Of a stretch of 21,040 nucleotides of DNA, positions 16,954-21,040 are shown in pieces. Position numbers and translations under genes: made by a program. Below the pieces are notes generated by a model. It was given only the letters and a program-made list of their open reading frames with translations, was not told the DNA's origin and made no database searches. Source of the stretch: Armatimonadota bacterium (GTDB taxonomy: Bacteria > Sysuimicrobiota > Sysuimicrobiia > Sysuimicrobiales > Humicultoraceae); assembly GCA_037443365.1 (NCBI GenBank), contig JBBIOM010000033.1, positions 1 to 21,040 on the forward strand. Reading direction: 5' to 3'. How positions within the stretch are numbered: position 1 is the stretch's first letter; each line of letters begins with the position of its first letter.

Positions 16954-16984
16954 AGCACGGCGGTCCCCCTGGAACCGCCGTACT
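16954..16984 (-). other. Strong hairpin between the tRNA and tilS
   Basis: RNA AGUACGGCGGUUCC-AGG-GGGACCGCCGUGCU, 14 bp including 2 GU pairs. No U-tract. Confidence 0.5.
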
Positions 16985-16988
16985 GAGG

Positions 16989-17065
16989 TGGTGGCGGCGG
17001 GGAGACTCGAACTCCCGACTCCGCGGGTATGAACCGCGTGCTCTAACCAACTGAGCTACGCCGCC
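16989..17065 (-). tRNA. tRNA with CAT anticodon, most likely elongator tRNA-Met
   Basis: GGCGGCGTAGCTCAGTTGGTTAGAGCACGCGGTTCATACCCGCGGAGTCGGGAGTTCGAGTCTCCCCGCCGCCACCA, 77 nt, full cloverleaf, encoded CCA. G1-C72 is paired, so it is not fMet. The acceptor stem GGCGG and anticodon loop TTCATAC resemble Firmicutes elongator Met. Confidence 0.93.
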
Positions 17066-17078
17066 ACGGCTCCGCCTG

Positions 17079-17108
17079 ATTATAGCGCGGGCCGCCCCGC
17101 GCCGACAA
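17079..17108 (-). promoter_or_regulatory. Sigma70/SigA promoter for the tRNA (and probably tilS)
   Basis: TTGTCG-N18-TATAAT with a perfect -10, 13 nt upstream of the mature tRNA 5' end. Confidence 0.75.
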
Positions 17109-17150
17109 CATGCGGCCTGCCACTGGACCACAGGCCCGTCGCCGCCAAGG

Positions 17151-17672
17151 TCATGTCCCGCGCCTGTAGGGCGCTATCTCGACCGATACCCTGCGACTCT
17201 GCTCCTCGTCCAGGACAGTGACGCTATCGAACCCTTCTTCCCCGATCGTGGCAAGGGTCTCGTGGAGCATTCGGACCTGGCGCTCAATCACCGCCCTGCC
17301 GACGCGCCGTTCGCGCAACGTATCGTGCAGGTAGCATCTCTTCTCGGTGACGAAGAAGACCACGGCCAGAACAGGTACCTCGTGCCGGCGGCCGATCCCC
17401 AGCAGGTTACCGCGTGCGTCTCTGCGTAGCGCCGTGCTGTCGGCCACGGTGAGCCTGCGCAGCGAAAGACGCCTGCCTATGATCTCATGGAACAGTCCGA
17501 ACGCCTCGCGCGAGATCGCCAGGTTCCTCTCATCATCGGCAAGCATCGCACGGCAGCGGTCCGACGAGACGATCGCGGTCTCTGGAAAGTGGCGCCTGGC
17601 AAACGTGCTCTTCCCGCTGCCAGCAGGGCCGCAGAGGACCACGAGGGATGGGTTCGGAACGGTCAGCTTCAC
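17151..17672 (-). CDS. Stand-alone polynucleotide 5'-kinase module (AAA_33; homologous to the N-terminal kinase domain of bacterial Pnkp)
   Basis: MKLTVPNPSLVVLCGPAGSGKSTFARRHF, SSDRCR, DDE, AFGLFHEII.RRL, LTVADST, AVVF and EEGF follow the Clostridium thermocellum Pnkp kinase domain as I recall it. The protein ends where that domain ends. Confidence 0.85.
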   Translation of the reverse strand: MKLTVPNPSLVVLCGPAGSGKSTFARRHFPETAIVSSDRCRAMLADDERNLAISREAFGLFHEIIGRRLSLRRLTVADSTALRRDARGNLLGIGRRHEVPVLAVVFFVTEKRCYLHDTLRERRVGRAVIERQVRMLHETLATIGEEGFDSVTVLDEEQSRRVSVEIAPYRRGT

Positions 17673-17701
17673 TGGTGCCCCACGACAAAGATGCGCAGAC
17701 C

Positions 17702-18277
17702 TCAGCCTTCCGCCACAATCCAGCCGTCCCCCGAGCGCACAAGCACCACAGGGCCGAGCCCCGTGGGGTCCGCGGCCACGCCGCGCAGGACGTTCATCAG
17801 TTCCATGCGCGACGGGACGAACTTGAGCAGCACGTAGTCATCGCCCTCAGGGCCGTCAGGCCAGAAGGCACGGAAGTCCTCGATCCAGTAGCGGCGCCTC
17901 GCGTCCAGGCAATCCACCACGGTCACGGTCCCGGCCACGGAGAGGTAGGCCCCGTCGGCGGCGTGCGAGTAACCGAGCACAGCCCGATTGTCTTTGGCGA
18001 TCTCCCGGATCTTCCTCGCCCGAGGTCGGGCCCCCATCCAGATTGTGAAGTCCGATTCAGGAGGGAACGGTGCCATCACCCGGGCGCTGGGGAGCCCTTC
18101 CTGGCCAACCGTGATGAGGAAGCACGTCTGCGCGGCCTCTATGGTCTGGCGTGCGACCGACAGAAGAACATCGGGCGTGCATTCCTGCTCCAGGGCCTCC
18201 GAAGCAACCCCGTGCGCCTGGCTCTCTGGCGGAACGCCGGTCTCGTGCTCGTGCGATCCCCTGCTGATGCCAATCAC
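17702..18277 (-). CDS. Pyridoxamine 5'-phosphate oxidase family (FMN-binding split barrel, general stress protein 26-like)
   Basis: CFLITV...PSARVM...IWMG...RKIREI...YLSVAG...YW...FWPDGP...YVLLKFVP. Start uncertain; GTG 18277 overlapping the pckG stop was chosen. Confidence 0.78.
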   Translation of the reverse strand: MIGISRGSHEHETGVPPESQAHGVASEALEQECTPDVLLSVARQTIEAAQTCFLITVGQEGLPSARVMAPFPPESDFTIWMGARPRARKIREIAKDNRAVLGYSHAADGAYLSVAGTVTVVDCLDARRRYWIEDFRAFWPDGPEGDDYVLLKFVPSRMELMNVLRGVAADPTGLGPVVLVRSGDGWIVAEG

Positions 18278-20085
18278 CCCTTCCGTGACGATGCCAGTCG
18301 CTCCTCGAGCCGGGCCAACTGCGCGGACAGGCGGTCGGGCAACCGGCTCCCGAACTGCGCGAAGTACTCGCGGATCCCTGACACCTCGCCGCTCCACGCC
18401 GGGACGTCGATCCTCATCAGTTCCTCGAGATCGCCTGGGGAAACGCCAAGGCCGTCTGTGTCCAGGGCTCCCGGCGCCGGGATGAGGCCTATGGGCGTCT
18501 CGGCCGCCCCGGCCCTCGCATCCACGCGCTCGCACATCCACTTGAGCACCCGGCTGTTCTCGCCGAAGCCAGGCCACAGCCACTGACCGTTCGATCCCTT
18601 GCGGAACCAGTTGACGTAGAACACTCGCGGCGCCGCCCTGCCCAGCCGGTCCCCCATGGAAAACCAGTGCTGGAAGTAGTCGCCCATGTTGTACCCGCAG
18701 AACGGCTTCATCGCAAAGGAATCGCGCCGCAACTCTCCCACGGCGCCGATGTTCGCCGCGGTGGTCTCCGAAGCGGCGGTCGCGCCGAGGAAGACCCCGT
18801 GGTCCCAGTTGAACGCTTCGCAGACCAGCGGGACGAGGCCTGCCCGGCGTCCCCCGAAGACGAAGATGTCTATCGGCACCCCGTTCGGGTCCTCCCAGTC
18901 AGGGCAGATGACCGGGCACTGGGCGGCCGGCGCAGTGAAGCGCGCGTTGGGGTGCGCCGCGGGCCTGCCCGAGCCGGGCTTCCATTCGTGGCCCGTCCAG
19001 TCCACGGCGCTCGCCGGGGGCTGCTCGCTCATGCCCTCCCACCATATGTCCCCGTCCGGGGCCAGCGAGCAGTTGGTGAAGATCGTGTTCGCCCGCACGG
19101 TCTCCATCGCCATCGGATTGGAGGCGTACGACGTCCCAGGCGCCACCCCGAAGAACCCTGACTCCGGGTTGATGGCGTAGAGGCGACCCTGGGCGCCGAT
19201 CTTCATCCAGGCGATGTCGTCACCTATGCACTCGCACCTCCAGCCCGGTATCGTCGGCTGAATCATGGCGAGGTTGGTCTTGCCGCAGGCCGAGGGAAAG
19301 GCCGCGGCGATGTGATATCGTCGGCCTTCGGGCGAGATCATCCTCAGTATCAACATGTGCTCCGCCATCCAGCCCTCGCGTCTTGCCAGGACCGAGGCGA
19401 TTCGCAGGGCAAAGCACTTCTTGCCCAGCAGCGCGTTGCCGCCATAGCCCGAGCCGAACGACCAGATCAGGTTCTCTTCGGGGAAATGGCTGATGTACTT
19501 CCGCTCGATGGGCGCGCAGGGCCACGTCACGTCCTGCTGGCCATGGGCCAGCGGGGCGCCGATGGAGTGCAGGCATGGCACGAACTCGCCGTCCTCGCCC
19601 AGATTCTCCAGCACTCTTGCGCCCACGCGCGTCATGATGTGCATGTTGCAGACGACGTACGGGCTGTCGCTGATCTCGACGCCTGTCTTGGCGATGGGCG
19701 AGCCGACCGGACCCATGGAGAACGGGATCACGTACATGGTCCTGCCGGCCATGCAGCCGTCGTACAGTTCCCTCATCGTCCGCTTGAGCGTGGAGGGCTC
19801 GATCCAGTTGTTCGTGGGGCCGGCATCGATCGCCTGTGATGTGCTGACATAGGTCCGGTCCTCGACCCGGGCTACGTCCGAGGGGTCTGAGCGAAACAGG
19901 AAGCTGCGGGGCCGTCCCGGCAACGGGATAGCCGCTCCGCTGGCAACCATCCCGGCCATCAGAGCATCGAACTCGTCCCGGGACCCATCACACCAGTGCA
20001 CCCGATCAGGCCTGCACAGCACCCTCGCCTCATGCACCCATTCCAGGAGCCTCCTGTGTTGGATCTGGCCTTCCGGGATGGGCAT
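18274..20085 (-). CDS. pckG: Phosphoenolpyruvate carboxykinase (GTP)
   Basis: [79 protein letters not shown] and VNWFRK. Confidence 0.97.
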   Translation of the reverse strand: MPIPEGQIQHRRLLEWVHEARVLCRPDRVHWCDGSRDEFDALMAGMVASGAAIPLPGRPRSFLFRSDPSDVARVEDRTYVSTSQAIDAGPTNNWIEPSTLKRTMRELYDGCMAGRTMYVIPFSMGPVGSPIAKTGVEISDSPYVVCNMHIMTRVGARVLENLGEDGEFVPCLHSIGAPLAHGQQDVTWPCAPIERKYISHFPEENLIWSFGSGYGGNALLGKKCFALRIASVLARREGWMAEHMLILRMISPEGRRYHIAAAFPSACGKTNLAMIQPTIPGWRCECIGDDIAWMKIGAQGRLYAINPESGFFGVAPGTSYASNPMAMETVRANTIFTNCSLAPDGDIWWEGMSEQPPASAVDWTGHEWKPGSGRPAAHPNARFTAPAAQCPVICPDWEDPNGVPIDIFVFGGRRAGLVPLVCEAFNWDHGVFLGATAASETTAANIGAVGELRRDSFAMKPFCGYNMGDYFQHWFSMGDRLGRAAPRVFYVNWFRKGSNGQWLWPGFGENSRVLKWMCERVDARAGAAETPIGLIPAPGALDTDGLGVSPGDLEELMRIDVPAWSGEVSGIREYFAQFGSRLPDRLSAQLARLEERLASSRKG

Positions 20086-20133
20086 CGCACACTCTCCTGC
20101 CTTGAACCGATCTATGAACGCGCGGATGGGCCG

Positions 20134-20649
20134 TCAGCCCTCAGGTGCCAACCTTGCGGCAAGCCTGCGGAGCGCGTCAAGCTGCACAACGCGCTCCGGA
20201 CGCGACCCGACAGCACCGGCGCGCCCCAGGGCTTCCTCCATCGAGAGGCCCAGGGTCATCAGGGTCGCTGAGGCGAACATCCCGGTTCGGCCGATTCCCG
20301 CCGCACAGTGGACAAGGACCCTTTCACCGCGTCGAAGGCGGCCTGCCACCTCTGCGACCACCTCCTGAAACGCCTGATCGTCGCTGGGGGCCTGGAAGTC
20401 GCCCACCGGGAAGTGCAGTAGGCGGCAGGGAATCCTGCCGTCACGAATCATCCTGCCGTACTCGCTCGACCTCGCCTCTATCTCATCCAGAGGCGCAAGC
20501 GCGACGATAGTACCGATAGCCAGGCGACGCACCTGTTCCCACACTTCGGCAAGGGGCTCGAATAGCCCTGGCATGCTGTGGAGGTATAGCCTGCCTGAAA
20601 CCCCTTTCGGGAGCGTGATCTCACGAAGAGGCATCATCTGCGCTGGCAC
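20134..20649 (-). CDS. Cys-based protein-tyrosine/dual-specificity phosphatase family protein
   Basis: HFPVGDFQAP acid loop, VHCAAGIGRTG (HCX5R) P-loop and PE..Q motif. Start may instead be ATG 20637 or 20634. Confidence 0.88.
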   Translation of the reverse strand: MPAQMMPLREITLPKGVSGRLYLHSMPGLFEPLAEVWEQVRRLAIGTIVALAPLDEIEARSSEYGRMIRDGRIPCRLLHFPVGDFQAPSDDQAFQEVVAEVAGRLRRGERVLVHCAAGIGRTGMFASATLMTLGLSMEEALGRAGAVGSRPERVVQLDALRRLAARLAPEG

Positions 20650-21039
20650 CTACCTGCCCGCCCTTGCCTCCCCGTTCCTGCATTCCCATGCATACACCGT
20701 AGCCCTTCCTGTCACCGCGGCCGGGATGCCCGTCGCTCTGGGGTTGGCCCTGCAGAAATCCTTCATGGCCGCGCTCGGCACTCGTGACGCGTCGGCACTT
20801 ACAATACCCTTGCGGATCATCCCCCGTACAACGGGGTCCGGCACTCTCTCGCCCACGTACCGGGCATCAGGGACGTCGATCGTCCCCACCGCAGCGCAGT
20901 AGGCGAACGGGTCGCGCTGGGGCGATTGCGTGGGCGAAGCGGTGACCCTGACGCCCCCGACCGGGCACTGTCCGCGGAACATGGCCCACTCCTCGCACTG
21001 CTTGCCGTCCGCGAACACGCACACGCCGTACTCGCCGCC
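20650..21039 (-). CDS. DUF333-like Cys-rich protein (5' end outside the window)
   Basis: GEYGVCVFADGKQCEEWAMFRGQC matches the C-terminal half of the DUF333 pattern and is followed by a second Cys-containing region (DPFAYCAAVGTID...). The frame is open to the window edge. Confidence 0.7.
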   Translation of the reverse strand, partial: GGEYGVCVFADGKQCEEWAMFRGQCPVGGVRVTASPTQSPQRDPFAYCAAVGTIDVPDARYVGERVPDPVVRGMIRKGIVSADASRVPSAAMKDFCRANPRATGIPAAVTGRATVYAWECRNGEARAGR

Positions 21040-21040
21040 G

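Noticed and set aside
16989..17065. Calling the tRNA Ile2 because it neighbours tilS, or calling it initiator fMet
   Set aside because: The acceptor stem GGCGG and loop TTCATAC resemble elongator Met. It lacks the C4/C5 acceptor-stem pattern of E. coli Ile2, and lacks the C1 mismatch and GGG/CCC anticodon stem of fMet. Not computationally confirmed.
16919..17131. N-terminal extension of the TilS ORF to 17131
   Set aside because: It runs through the tRNA gene and its promoter. The RBS and homology begin at GTG 16918.
16940..17150. tRNA as an integration site for a mobile element
   Set aside because: No integrase or transposase, no duplicated tRNA 3' end seen, and core tilS follows directly.
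18278..18583. Longer start for the PNPOx-family gene
   Set aside because: It overlaps the pckG 3' end out of frame and has no recognisable domain content.
100..20902. Numerous long plus-strand ORFs (e.g. 9854-11221, 14132-15430, 14460-15620, 3402-4442, 1098-2030)
   Set aside because: Antisense shadows of well-supported minus-strand genes, with no motifs. Only kptA is supported on the plus strand.

Overview
High-GC bacterial chromosomal segment with a Terrabacteria/Firmicutes-like gene order; the taxon cannot be determined from sequence alone. Nearly all genes are on the minus strand. In transcription order (right to left): DUF333-like Cys-rich protein (cut by the window edge), Cys-based (HCX5R) phosphatase, GTP-dependent PEP carboxykinase, pyridoxamine-5'-phosphate-oxidase-family protein, stand-alone Pnkp-type 5'-kinase, tRNA(CAU, probably elongator Met), short tilS, ftsH, nicotinamidase-like cysteine hydrolase, secreted 5'-nucleotidase, ECF S-component, membrane-anchored hypothetical protein, hutH, hutU, ASCH protein, kptA/Tpt1 (the only plus-strand gene), glutamate formiminotransferase, hutI, two deoxynucleoside kinases, birA, an uncharacterised protein and an acyl-ACP-reductase-like protein (cut by the window edge). 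I found no mobile element, CRISPR array or rRNA. Points worth follow-up: (1) a kptA+ASCH pair splitting the hut cluster; (2) a stand-alone Pnkp kinase module beside the tRNA; (3) a possible NAD/nicotinamide salvage trio; (4) an uncharacterised AAR-like gene pair; (5) a recurring SigH-like promoter motif; (6) an AT-rich element embedded in a coding region just upstream of hutH; (7) several enzymes with substituted signature residues. All family calls come from motif recognition, not database searches.
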